Assembly (NCBI RefSeq): GCF_032444005.1
Contig: NC_091282.1
Coordinates: 495,504,001 to 495,568,000, forward strand
Origin: Ranitomeya imitator
Taxonomy: Eukaryota
Reading direction: 5' to 3'
Length of the DNA: 64,000 nt
The notes beneath the pieces were generated by a model. It worked only from the letters and a program-made list of their open reading frames with translations. It was not told where the DNA came from and did not search any database. Both the position numbers and the translations under genes were made by a program. This document shows positions 1 through 12,404 of the stretch, piece after piece. How positions within the stretch are numbered: position 1 is the stretch's first letter; each line of letters opens with the position of its first letter.

Positions 1-199
1 GCCGACTTTTGGCAAAGTTGGGTTTCATGAAACCCGACCCGACCCCTGTGTGGGGTCGGCCATGCAGTACGCGACTTTCGCGCCAAAGTCGCGTTTCAAT
101 GACGCGAAAAGCGCCATTTCTCAGCCAATGAAGGTGGACGCAGAGTGTGGGCAGCGTGATGACATAGGTCCTGGTCCCCACCATCTTAGAGAAGGGCAT

Positions 200-270
200 T
201 GCAGTGATTGGCTTGCTGTCTGCGGCGTCACAGGGGCTATAAAGAGGCGTTCCCGCCGACCGCCATCTTA
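200..270 (+). promoter_or_regulatory. Probable hAT transposase core promoter
   Basis: Reverse CCAAT (GATTGG, ~206), TATAAA at 238-243 and YY1/initiator-like CGCCATCTT at 261-269, upstream of the transposase ORF. Confidence 0.45.
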
Positions 271-689
271 CTGCTGCTGATCTGAGCCTAGGGAGAGGTT
301 GCTGCCGCTTCGTCAGAAGCAGGGATAGCGTTAGGCAGGGTCCATTAACCACCAAACCGCTTGTGCTGTAGTGATTTCCACTGTCCAACACCACCTTTGT
401 TTGCAGGGACAGTGGAAGCTACATTTTTTTTTCCTCAGCGCTGTAGCTCATTGGGCTGCCCTAGAAGGCTCCCTGATAGCTGCATTGCTGTGTGTACGCC
501 GCTGTGCAAACCAACTGCTTTTTTCAAAGCACAAATCCTGTTGTTCCTTCCTTTCTGCACAGCTATCTTGTTTGTTTGTCCACACTTTTTATTTAATTTG
601 TGCATCAGTCCACTCTTTATTGCTGCCTGCCATACCTGGCTGAGATTACTGCAGGGAGATAGTAATTGTAGGACAGTCCCTGTTTTTTT

Positions 690-1800
690 TTTTTTTTTTA
701 AATTCTCCCTAAAAAAATAAGTTGTGGGAGATTAAGATTGGCATTTCTGCTAGAGTGCCATCCCTGTGTGTGCCATCTCTCTCACATAGTGGGCCATAGA
801 AAGCCTTTTTATTTTTCTGTTTTTTTTTTGGGGGGGGTGTTATAAATTCTCCCTGAAAAAAAAAACAGTGGGAGATTAATATTGGCCTTTGGGCTTGTGT
901 GCCAGTCCTGAGTGTGCCATCTCTCTCTCAAATAGTGGGCCATAGAAAGCCTATTTTTTTATTTTTATTTGGTTTCTAAATTCTCCCTGAAAAAATAAAA
1001 AAAAATCAGTGGGAGATTAATATTGGCCTTTCTGCTTGTGTGCCATTCCTGACTCCTGGGTGTGCCATCTCTGTCTCTCAAATAGTGGGCCATAGAAAGC
1101 CTATTTTTTTTTTATTTGGTTTCTAAATTCTCCCTGAAAAAATAAAAAAAAATCAGTGAGAGATTAATATTGGCCTTTCTGCTTGTGTGCCAGTCTTGAC
1201 TCCTGGGTGTGCCATCTCTCTCTCTCAAATAGTGGGCCATAGAAAGCCTATTTTTTTTTTATTTGGTTTCTAAATTCTCCCTGAAAAAATCATTTTTTTT
1301 AATTTGGTTTCTAAATTCTCCCTGAAAAAATCATTTTTTTTAATTTGGTTTCTAAAGTCTCCCTGAAAAAATAAAAAAAAATCAGTGGGAGATTAATATT
1401 GGCCTTTCTGCTTGTGTGCCAGTCTTGACTCCTGGGTGTGCCATCTCTCTCTCTCAAATAGTGGGCCATAGAAAGCCTATTTTTTTTTTATTTGGTTTCT
1501 AAATTCTCCCTGAAAAAATCATTTTTTTTTAATTTGGTTTCTAAATTCTCCCTGAAAAAATCATTTTTTTTAATTTGGTTTCTAAATTCTCCCTGAAAAA
1601 ATCATTTTTTTTAATTTGGTTTCTAAATTCTCCCTGAAAAAATCATTTTTTTTAATTTGGTTTCTAAATTCTCCCTGAAAAAATCATTTTTTTTAATTTG
1701 GTTTCTAAATTCTCCCTGAAAAAAAAAAAAAAGTGGGAGATCAATATTGACATTTGTGCTTGAGTGACAGTCCTGCGTGTGTGGCATCTCTCTCATTTGG
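690..1800. repeat. Hierarchical tandem array inside the hAT left arm (~145-190-bp units plus ~45-bp subunits)
   Basis: Repeated AAATTCTCCCTGAAAAAA...ATTTGGTTTCT and GTGGGAGATTAATATTGGCC...GTGGGCCATAGAAAGCC blocks. Confidence 0.9.
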
Positions 1801-1955
1801 TGCCACCGAAAACAGAGTGTGTAACATTGTGCCTGATTTTCCTTGCGGTCTCACCCACCTGTAAAGGGATATCTAAATCATACTGAAGTTATAGCTCACC
1901 GTGTAAGTTGTTTGACAGCAACAAATACCGTTACTTTGGTTAAGTTTTCAAAACA

Positions 1956-4900
1956 ATGAGGAAGTCTGGTGGAAGAGGTCGTGGCCGTGGGCGTTCATTG
2001 TCAGCTGGTAATGATGGTAGTGGAGCATCAGGTGGTCGTGGGAAAAAAAATATTGCACCTAAGTCTGGAGCTGTGGAGCCAGGTTCGTCGTCTGGCTACA
2101 GAAGGCCTCGAACGCTCCCTTTTCTGGGAGTAGGAAAACCGCTTTTAAAGCCGGAGCAGCAAGAGCAAGTTTTGGCTTAACTTGCTGACTCAGCCTCTAG
2201 CTCTTTTGCCTCCTCTTTTGAAACTGGTAAATGTAAAAGCAGCGCGTCGTTAGTGGATGTTCACGGTCAGGGACAAGTCGCTTCCTTGTACTCTTCAGCA
2301 AAAACAACAACAGAGAAGGATGCAGCAGGCGACACAACGGGTTACTCCATGGAGCTCTTTACACATACCGTCCCTGGCTTAGAAAGTGAAACAGTTAACA
2401 GGCCATGCCCATTACAAGTTGAATCTGACATGGAGTGCACTGATGCACAGCCACAGCCAGACTACTATGCTGGTCCTTTGACTCAGACCATAACATTGCC
2501 CTCGCAGGGTACTGATCCAGAATCAGACCCTGATCAGACTATGTTACCCCGTCACGAACGCTCTACCACCGACTTACACGGTGACACAGACGAAGTTGCG
2601 CACGAGCTAGAAGAGGAGGTTATAGATGACCCAGTTGTTGACCCCAATTGGCAGCCATTGGGGGAACAGGGTGCAGGCGGCAGTAGTTCTGAAGCAGAGG
2701 AGGAGGAGGGGCCGCAGCAGGCATCAACATCGCAACAGGTTCCATCTGCCGGGCCCGTAGATGGGACAAAACGCGTGGCAAAGCCAAAACCTGTTGGAGG
2801 ACAGCGTATCCATCCGGTTAAAGCTCAGTCTGCAATGCCTGAAAAGGGATCCGAGGCTCGAAAGAGTGCAGTCTGGCATTTTTTGTAAACAACATCCAAT
2901 TGATCAGCGCAAAGTCATCTGTCAAAAATGTTCAACTACCTTAAGCAGAGGTCAGAATCTGAAAAGTCTCAATACAAGTTGCATGCATAGACATTTAACC
3001 ACCATGCATTTGCAAGCCTGGACGAACTACCAAACGTCCCTTAAGGTTGTAGCACCCTCGGCCAATGAAGCTAGTCAGCAACACTACATCCCTGCCGTCA
3101 CTCTAAGGCCACCATTTTCCGCACCACCTGCAGTATCTGTGCAGGTTTCTTTGCCAGGCCAAAGCAGTCAGGGTCAGGGAATCACCAGTTTTGTAGTAGG
3201 AAACACTGTATCTAGGGCACCGGCGGAAAAAATACCGTCTCCAACCGTCTCTCAGTCTGCCATGTCCACCAGCACACCCGCTAGTTCCACGATCTCCAGC
3301 TCTCCAGTCCAGCTCACCTTACATGAGACTCTGGTTAGAAAAAGGAAGTACTTATCCTCGCATCCGCGTACACAGGGTTTGAACGCCCACATAGCTGGAC
3401 TAATCTCGTTAGAGATGATGCCCTACCGGTTAGTTGAAAGCGAAGCTTTCAAATCCCTGATGGACTACGCTGAACCACGGTACGAGCTACCCAGTCGACA
3501 CTTCTTTTCGAGAAAAGCCATCCGAGCCCTCCACCAGCATGTTAAAGAGCGCATCATCCATGCACTCAGGCAATCTGTGAGTACAAAGGTGCACCTGACA
3601 ACAGATGCATGGACCAGTAGGCATGGCCAGGGACGTTACGTGTCCATCACGGCACACTGGGTGAATGTGGTGGATGCAGGGTCCACAGGGGACATCAATT
3701 TCGGGACAGTTCTGCCTAGCCCACGGTCTAGGAAACAGTTGGCTGTAGGTGTTCGCACCCCCGCCTCCTCCTCCTCGTCCTTCTGCAGAAGCGAGAGCTC
3801 GTCCACAGACCGCAGTCGCCCAACCACTCCATCCGCAGCTGCCACTGTTGCACACCAGTTGTCCCATTATGGGCCAGCTACTGGCAAGCGTCAGCAGGCT
3901 GTATTGGCTATGAAGTGTTTGGGCGACAACAGACACACCGCGGAAGTTCTGTCCGAGGTCTTGCAGAGAGAAACGCAGTCGTGGCTGGGCACAGTAGATC
4001 TTGAGGCAGGCAAGGTAGTGAGTGATAACGGAAGGAATTTCATGGCTGCCATCTCCCTTTCCCAACTGAAACACATTCCTTGCCTGGCTCACACCTTAAA
4101 CCTGGTGGTGCCGTGCTTCCTGAAAAGTTATCCGGGGTTATCCGACCTGCTCCTCAAAGTGCGCGGACTTTGCTCACATATCCGCCGTTCGTCCGTACAC
4201 TCCAGCCGTATGCAGACCTATCAGCGGTCTTTGAACCTTCCCCAGCATCGCCTAATCATAGACGTTGCAACAAGGTGGAACTCAACACTGCACATGCTTC
4301 AGAGACTGTGCGAACAGAGGCGGGCTGTTATGTTTTTGTGGGAGGATACACATACACGGGCAGGCAGTAGGATGGCAGACATGGAGTTGTCAGGTGTGCA
4401 GTGGTCGAAGATACAAGACATGTGTCAAGTCCTTCAGTGTTTTGAGGAATGCACACGGCTGGTTAGTGCAGACAACGCCATAATAAGCATGAGCATCCCC
4501 CTAATGCGTCTGCTGATGCAAAGTTTGACGCACATAAAGGAGCAGGCATCTGCAGCCGAGGAAGAGGAAAGCCTTGATGACAGTCAGCCATTGTCTGGTC
4601 AGGGCAGTGTACAGGATGAGGTAGCGGGCGAACAGGAGGAGGAGGACGAGGAGGATGATGGGGATGAGTATTTTTTTAAGGAGGAAGCTTCTCCGGGGCC
4701 ACTGGAAATTGGTGGCGTGGCAAGGCCGGGTTCTAGTTTTTTGAGGGACACAAGTGACGTAGATTTGCCTGAAACTGCCTCTCAACCAAGCACAACCGCA
4801 GATTTGACAACTGGAACTTTGGCACACATGGCGGATTATGCCTTACGTATCCTCAAAAGGGACACACGCATTACGAAAATGATGAACGATGACGATTACT

Positions 4901-5520
4901 GGTTGGCCTGCCTCCTTGGTCCTCGCTATAAAGGCAAATTGCAAAATATTATACCACATGAGAACTTGGAACTAATATTCGCAACCAAACAATCAACTCT
5001 TGTTGACCGTTTGCTTCAGGCATTCCCAGCACACAGCGCCCGTGATCGTTCTCACACGAGCTGCAGGGGGCAGCAGACCAGAAGTGTTAGAGGTGCAGAA
5101 ATCAGAAGTGGCGTTGGACAGAGGGGTTTTCTGACCAGGTTGTGGAGTGATTTTGCTATGACCGCAGACAGGACAGGTACTGCTGCATCAATTCAAAGTG
5201 ACAGGAGACAACATTTGTCCAGTATGGTTACTAACTATTTTTCATCCCTTATCGATTTTCTACCTCAACCGTCATTCCCATTTGATTACTGGGCATCCAA
5301 ATTAGACACCTGGCCAGAATTGGCAGAATATGCATTGCAGGAGCTTGCTTGCCCGGCAGCTAGTGTCCTATCAGAAAGAGTATTCAGTGCTGCAGGTTCA
5401 ATATTAACCGAAAAAAGGACTCGTCTGGCTACCCAAAATGTTGATGATCTAACCTTCATTAAAATGAACCACAACTGGATTTCGAATTCTTTTGCCCCAC
5501 CTTGCCCGGCCGACACCTAG
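1956..5520 (+). pseudogene. hAT transposase (ZBED-like), disrupted by one in-frame stop (2178-2180) and one frameshift in a T-run (~2880)
   Basis: ORFs 1956-2180 and 2253-2888 share a frame. BED finger AVWHF..VICQKC..MHRHLTTMH spans the shift. Catalytic motifs LTTDAW, VVSDNGRN, CLAH (CxxH), TRWNS and SERVFS are present, plus the hAT C-terminal dimerisation region (YW..WPELA..A..L.CPAASV.SER.FS). Confidence 0.93.
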
Positions 5521-6239
5521 CTTTCCTATGAAAAGGTCTTGCCTGTGGACTACTCTGAGTGACTTTACCAATCTCGTAATTTGCAGCAGCTGATTGTCCA
5601 GCATACGACATGTTTACACCTCCCTAAATGGCCAAACTCCCCACACGGGGCCGTGGTATAGCCACTTGGCGCAAGCACCCGTGAGAGTGCTGTTTGTCTG
5701 AAGAGGTGGGTGTGCCCACTTTTGGTCGACGGCACTGCCACTGGGTCCCTCATAGTACAATAAAGTGTCTCTGGCGGTGGTGGTGCGCACCCAACGTCAG
5801 ACACACTGTTGTAACATGAGGGGCCCTGGGCTTGTACCGCCGGCCACAAGAGAGTTCCCCCACCCCCAGCTCAAACATTGCTCTACCACTTGCACAATTA
5901 TCTCTCACAGTTCCACCAATGTTTAGTCTATGCGCTGACATCCTTAAATTCCAGCCACTGACAATACCATTGTGTTGACATGTATGATGGTACTTAACAT
6001 AATCAGGGGCCGTGTCCTATATTTACCCAAGTAAATACTTTGCGCCAAATTACTAGGTCTGAAACTACGCAGAGGAGCCCACCCCTGTACCTAATGATTG
6101 CACCCTTTTGTGTTTTCGTTTTGTTGTAATGCGAGACATTAACATGTATTTATTGTTTGGGACTACTAACTGGCAGACACTCATTACAATCGGTCTACGC
6201 TGACAACACCAATGCTGCCTGTGTACCCCTGCAAGAGAA

Positions 6240-8140
6240 TTCAAAGTGCCTACAGCCAAATTTTATTATGTTAGGCCTTCGAAGCCTGTCTGCGGTCCCT
6301 CCTTCCACTAGGCCTCCACTGACCTGTCTACTGCTGCCCGTGTGCCCCTGGAACCAATTTTAAAGTGCCTACAGCCACATTTTATTATGTTAGGCCTTCG
6401 AAGCCTGTCTGCGGTCCCTCCTTCCACTAGGCCTCCACTGACCTGTCTACTGCTGCCCGTGTGCCCCTGGAACCAATTTTAAAGTGCCTACAGCCAAATT
6501 TTATTATGTTAGGCCTTCGAAGCCTGTCTGCGGTCCCTCCTTCCACTAGGCCTCCACTGACCTGTCTACTGCTGCCCGTGTACCCCTGGAACCAATTATA
6601 AAGTGCCTACAGCCACATTATATTATGTTAGGCTTTCGAAGCCTGTCTGCAGTCCCTCCTTCCACTAGGCCTCCACTGACCTGTCTACTGCTGCCCGTGT
6701 ACCCCTGGAACCAATTATAAAGTGCCTACAGCCCAATTTTATTATGTTAGGCCTTTGAAGCCTGTCTGCGGTCCCTCCTTCCACTAGTCCTCCACTGACC
6801 AGACCACTGCTGCCCGTGTGCCCCTGGAACCTATTTTAAAGTGCCTACAGCCAAATTTTATTATGTTAGGCCTTCGAAGCCTGTCTGCGGTCCCTCCTTC
6901 CACTAGGCCTCCACTCACCTGTCTACTGCTGCCCGTGTGCCCCTGGAACCAATTTTAAAGTGCCTACAGCCATATTTTATTATGTTAGGCCTTCAAAGCC
7001 TGTCTGCGGTCCCTCCTTCCACTAGGCCTCCACTGACCTGTCTACTGCTGCCCGTGTGCCCCTGGAACCAATTTTAAAGTGCCTACAGCCACATTTTATT
7101 ATGTTAGGCCTTCGAAGCCTGTCTGCGGTCCCTCCTTCCACTAGGCCTCCACTGACCTGTCTACTGCTGCCCGTGTGCCCCTGGAACCAATTTTAAAGTG
7201 CCTACAGCCACATTTTATTATGTTAGGCCTTCGAAGCCTGTCTGCGGTCCCTCCTTCCACTAGGCCTCCACTGACCTGTCTACTGCTGCCCATGTGCCCC
7301 TGGAACCAATTTTAAAGTGCCTACAGCCACATTTTATTATGTTAGGCCTTCGAAGCCTGTCTGCGGTCCCTCCTTCCACTAGGCCTCCACTGACCTGTCT
7401 ACTGCTGCCCGTGTGCCCCTGGAACCAATTTTAAAGTGCGTACAGCCAAATTTTATTATGTTAGGCCTTCGAAGCCTGTCTGCGGTCCCTCCTTCCACTA
7501 GGCCTCCACTCACCTGTCTACTGCTGCCCGTGTGCCCCTGGAACCAATTTTAAAGTGCCTACAGCCACATTTTATTATGTTAGGCCTTCGAAGCCTGTCT
7601 GTGGTCCCTCCTTCCACTAGGCCTCCACTGTCCTGTCTACTGCTGCCCGTGTACCCCTGGAACCAATTTTAAAGTGCCTACAGCCACATTTTATTATGTT
7701 AGGCCTTCGAAGCCTGTCTGCGGTCCCTCCTTCCACTAGGCCTCCACTGACCTGTCTACTGCTGCCCGTGTACCCCTGGAACCAATTATAAAGTGCCTAC
7801 AGCCACATTTTATTATGTTAGGCTTTCGAAGCCTGTCTGCGGTCCCTCCTTCCACTAGGCCTCCACTGACCTGTCTACTGCTGCCCGTGTACCCCTGGAA
7901 CCAATTATAAAGTGCCTACAGCCCAATTTTATTATGCTAGGCCTTTGAAGCCTGTCTGCGGTCCCTCCTTCCACTAGTCCTCCACTGACCAGACCACTGC
8001 TGCCCGTGTGCCCCTGGAACCAATTTTAAAGTGCCTACATCCATATTTTATTATGTTAGGCCTTCGAAGCCTGTCTGCGGTCCCTCCTTCCACTAGGTGT
8101 CCACTGACCTGTCTACTGCTGCCTGTGTTCCCCTGTAACC
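6240..8140. repeat. 119-bp tandem satellite (~16 copies) inside the hAT
   Basis: AAAGTGCCTACAGCC...GGAACCAATTTT recurs with period 119 (e.g. 6362, 6481). Confidence 0.95.
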
Positions 8141-8329
8141 TTTTTTTAAACTGCATTGAGCCACATTTTTGTTTTAAGGCCTACTACCTGTGTCTGTCTA
8201 CGCCACTCAATACAGCTGTCCTCCTTTGAAAAAAGCTGAGCGTCAATAGTTTTGTTTTCAGCCTCTAGGAATTTGAAAACTGCATTGGGGCTACTACTTC
8301 GGTAGGGCCTACTAACGGTGTCTGCCGCT

Positions 8330-10112
8330 CCAAGGTGTTCCCCAGGTTTCCTCGCCATTGCTTCGATCTTCTGACTCTCGTTTAGTAGTTGTTGAAAACT
8401 ACACTGCATTAGGCCTACAAATTGGGTCTGGGGTGTAGAGACGGTGTGTTCCACTCCAAGGTGTTCCCCAGGTTTCCTCTCCATTGCTTCAATCTTCTGT
8501 CTCTCGTTTAGTAGTTGTTGAAAACAACACTGCATTCGGCCTACAAGTTGGGTCAGGGGTGTAGATACGGTGTGTTCCACTCCAAGGTGTTCCCCAGGTT
8601 TCCTCTCCATTGCTTCAATCTTCTGGCTCTCGTTTAGTAGTTGTTGAAAACAACACTGCATTCGGCCTACAAGTTGGGTCAGGGGTGTAGAGAAGGTGTG
8701 CTCCACTCCAAGGTGTTCCCCAGGTTGCCTCTCCATTGCTTCAATCTTAAAGCTCTTGTTTAGTAGTTGTTGAAAACAACACTGCATTCGGCCTACAAGT
8801 TGGGTCAGGGGTGTAGAGACGGTGTGTTCCACTCCAAGGTGTTCCCCAGGTTTCCTCTCCATTGCTTCAATCTTCTGGCTCTCGTTTAGTAGTTGTTGAA
8901 AACAACACTGCATTCGGCCTACAAGTTGGGTCAGGGGTGTAGAGACGGTGTGTTCCACTCCAAGGTGTTCCCCAGGTTGCCTCTCCATTGCTTCAATCTT
9001 AAAGCTCTTGTTTAGTAGTTGTTGAAATCAACACTGCATTCGGCCTACAAGTTGGGTCAGGGGTGTAGAGACGGCGTGTTCCACTCCAAGGTGTTCCCCA
9101 GGTTGCCTCTCCATTGCTTCAATCTTAAAGCTCTTGTTTAGTAGTTGTTGAAAACAACACTGCATTCGGCCTACAAGTTGGGTCTGGGGTGTAGAGACGG
9201 TGTGTTCCACTCCAAGGTGTTCCCCAGGTTGCCTCTCCATTGCTTCAATCTTAAAGCTCTTGTTTAGTAGTTGTTGAAAACAACACTGCATTCGGCCTAC
9301 AAGTTGGGTCAGGGGTGTAGAGACGGTGTGTTCCACTCCAAGGTGTTCCCCAGGTTTCCTCTCCATTGCTTCAATCTTCTGGCTCTCGTTTAGTAGTTGT
9401 TGAAAACAACACTGCATTCGGCCTACAAGTTGGGTCAGGGGTGTAGAGAAGGTGTGTTCCACTCCAAGGTGTTCTCCAGGTTGCCTCTCCATTGCTTCAA
9501 TCTTAAAGCTCTTGTTTAGTAGTTGTTGAAAACAACACTGCATTCGGCCTACAAGTTGGGTCAGGGGTGTAGAGACGGTGTGTTCCACTCCAAGGTGTTC
9601 CCCAGGTTGCCTCTCCATTGCTTCAATCTTAAAGCTCTTGTTTAGTAGTTGTTGAAATCAACACTGCATTCGGCCTACAAGTTGGGTCAGGGGTGTAGAG
9701 ACGGCGTGTTCCACTCCAAGGTGTTCCCCAGGTTGCCTCTCCATTGCTTCAATCTTAAAGCTCTTGTTTAGTAGTTGTTGAAAACAACACTGCATTCGGC
9801 CTACAAGTTGGGTCTGGGGTGTAGAGACGGTGTGTTCCACTCCAAGGTGTTCCCCAGGTTGCCTCTCCATTGCTTCGATCTTCTGGCTCTCGTTTAGTAG
9901 TTGTTGAAAACAACACTGCATTCGGCCTACAAGTTGGGTCAGGGATGTAGAGACGGTGTGTTACACTCCAAGGTGTTCCCCAGGTTGCCTCTCCATTGCT
10001 TCAATCTTAAAGCTCTTGTTTAGTAGTTGTTGAAAACAACACTGCATTCGGCCTACAAGTTGGGTCTGGGTTGTAGAGACGGTGTCTTCCGCTCCAAGGT
10101 GTTCTCCAGGTT
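8330..10112. repeat. 126-bp tandem satellite (~14 copies) inside the hAT; interrupted by the Foldback element and resuming at 20001-20140
   Basis: AAAACAACACTGCATTCGGCCTACAAG... recurs with period 126 (8521, 8647). The unit continues in register after 20000. Confidence 0.95.
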
Positions 10113-10916
10113 ACCTGTGTGAAGTTGGCACCCCATGTTCTCAAAAGATGAATAAAAATACACCATTCGTTTGTGCTGCGTTTGTGCTGGTTTGTGCCGC
10201 AAAAATGAACGTTTGTGCCGCTTTGGTTCCAGAGATATTGCGCGTTATATTTTTATGAAGCTCCACCCACTTTCCACCCCATGTTCTTAAATTTTAAAAA
10301 TGAATACACCATTCGTTTGTGCTGCGTTTGTGCTGGTTTGTGCTGCAAAAATAAACGTTTGCACCTCTTTGGTTTCCGAGATATTGTGCGCTCAATTTGC
10401 TGAAACTCCGCCCACTTTCCACCCCATGTTCTTAAATTTTAAAAATGAATACACCATTCGTTTGTGCTGCGTTTGTGCTGGTTTGTGCTGCAAAAATAAA
10501 CGTTTGCACCGCTTTGGTTTCCGAGATATTGTGCGCTCAATTTGCTGAAACTCCGCCCACTTTCCACCCCATGTTCTTAAATTTTAAAAATGAATACACC
10601 ATTCGTTTGTGCTGGTTTGTGCTGCAAAAATAAACGTTTGCACCGCTTTGGTTTCCGAGATATTGTGCGCTCAATTTGCTGAAACTTCGCCCACTTTCCA
10701 CCCCATGTTCTTAAATTTTAAAAATGAATACACCATTCGTTTGTGCTGCGTTTGTGCTGGTTTGTGCTGCAAAAATAAACGTTTGCACCGCTTTGGTGTC
10801 CGAGATATTGTGCGCTCAATTTGCTGAAACTCCGCCCACTTTCCACCCCATGTTCTTAAATTTTAAAAATGAATACACCATTCGTTTGTGCTGCGTTTGT
10901 GCTGGTTTGTGCTGCT
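10113..10916 (+). repeat. Left foldback arm: outer variant unit plus ~4.5 tandem 145-bp units (one with an internal deletion near 10610)
   Basis: Unit GAAACTCCGCCCACTTTCCACCCCATGTTCTTAAATTTTAAAAATGAATACACCATTCG...CTCAATTTGCT, period 145. Confidence 0.92.
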
Positions 10917-11311
10917 TTGGTTTTTGAAATCTCGCACTGAGTTTGTGCCTCAAATCACTGTAACTGATATATGGATAAAGGGAGATAAAAAGAAATGAAA
11001 AACACCGGCTAGCCATAGCAATTTTATAATAAAAAAAAATGTATAAATTGTTCCTTACTAGACCCCATACTTAATTTTGATTTCCTGCTTGTGATGCCCC
11101 TCCCCCACACACTGTAACTTGGGGAAAGGCCTAAGCAAATGTATGCCTAACAATTTGACTACTAGCTGAGAGACTCCCAGGGTAAATCAAGTGTACTTAC
11201 TTATTTGAACTGAAAATGTGCTAAACTGTCTTGGTAGATTTCTGCAAAGCTATTACCTGAGCAAAGAAACTTTAGTTCAATCATGGAGTTGTACTTTTAT
11301 CTGTCTACAAC

Positions 11312-11420
11312 AGTATTTCCCAAGCAGGGTGCCTGCAGGTGTTGCAAAACTACAACTCCCAGCATGACCGGAAAGTCAAAGGCTGTCCGGGTATGCTGGG
11401 GGTTGTAGTTCTCCAACACA
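11312..11420. mobile_element. Short hairpin MITE-like repeat
   Basis: AAACTACAACTCCCAGCATG ... ATGCTGGGGGTTGTAGTT inverted arms, a motif common in frog genomes. Confidence 0.55.
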
Positions 11421-11444
11421 TCAAGTTGTTTGTAATTACAGTAA

Positions 11445-11839
11445 GGGTACCGTCACACAGTGGCATTTTGATCGCTACGACGGCACGATTCGTGACGCTC
11501 CAGCATCGTAACAATATCGCTCCAGCGTCGTAGACTGCTGTCACACTTTGCAATCTACGACGCTGGAGCGATAATTTCATGACGTATGTGCGATGTAGAA
11601 GCCGTTGGTTACTATGCGCACATCGTATACGATATATATGTTACACCATGCGATCATGCCGCCACAGCGGGACACTAGACGACGAAAGAAAGTTTCAAAC
11701 GATCTGCTACGACGTACGATTCTCAGCGGGGTCCCTGATTGCAGGAGCATGTCACACACTACGATATCGTACCTATATCGCTCGAACGTCACGAATCGTG
11801 CCGTCGTAGTGATCAAAATTGCACTGTGTGACGGTACCC
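11445..11839. mobile_element. PIF/Harbinger-type MITE nested inside the Foldback element
   Basis: TIR GGGTACCGTCACACAGTG / CACTGTGTGACGGTACCC with long imperfect arms; TAA duplicated at 11442-11444 and 11840-11842. Confidence 0.85.
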
Positions 11840-12404
11840 TAATGCTTTAGCCCATTAAAAGAGTACTCTGCTGCAAAACTTATCCCCTATCCCACCCCCG
11901 GGGGGGGGGGGGGGGGGGGTTGGGTTTGGTACTGACCACTGGGCCCCCTGCAATCTCCTGCTCCCTGCAATCTCAGTGCTCCCCTGCATGGAGCAATCAC
12001 CGCTGTGTGCAGAGTGACTGCCAACCACAGGGCTTTGCTGTGGCAGGCGCGCCCCCACCATTTATTACTATGGGAGAGGCAGAGATACACAATACACTTT
12101 TCATTTGTAAAAGTAGAGAGAAGTGAGCGTGCTAAGAATAGGATTATTTAATCTCAGTACAGTGATCCCTCAACACATACAATGGCCCCAACATACGATC
12201 ATTTCAACATATGAAGGACTCTGTTGAATGCAGCATCACCTGCTGCTCCAGTATGGTTTTAACATACGATGATTCACCTGGAACTAATTACCATTGTATG
12301 TTGAGGGACCACTGTATCTTAACTATTAAAAATTATGTAATCAATTATTTTCCATATAATACACTGCATGTAAAACTAAAAAAAACATTTTTTGTTTTGA
12401 TCAG

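Noticed and set aside
2761-5520. 919-aa ORF as a domesticated host ZBED gene (ZBED4/ZBED6)
   Set aside because: The true start is upstream and broken by a stop and a frameshift through the BED finger, and the ORF lies within a TIR-bounded element with a second decayed copy in the window.
8146-9921. 42-aa repeat ORFs on the - strand (MERQPGEHLGVEH...)
   Set aside because: These are by-products of a 126-bp (multiple of 3) satellite and are broken by single-base deletions in some units.
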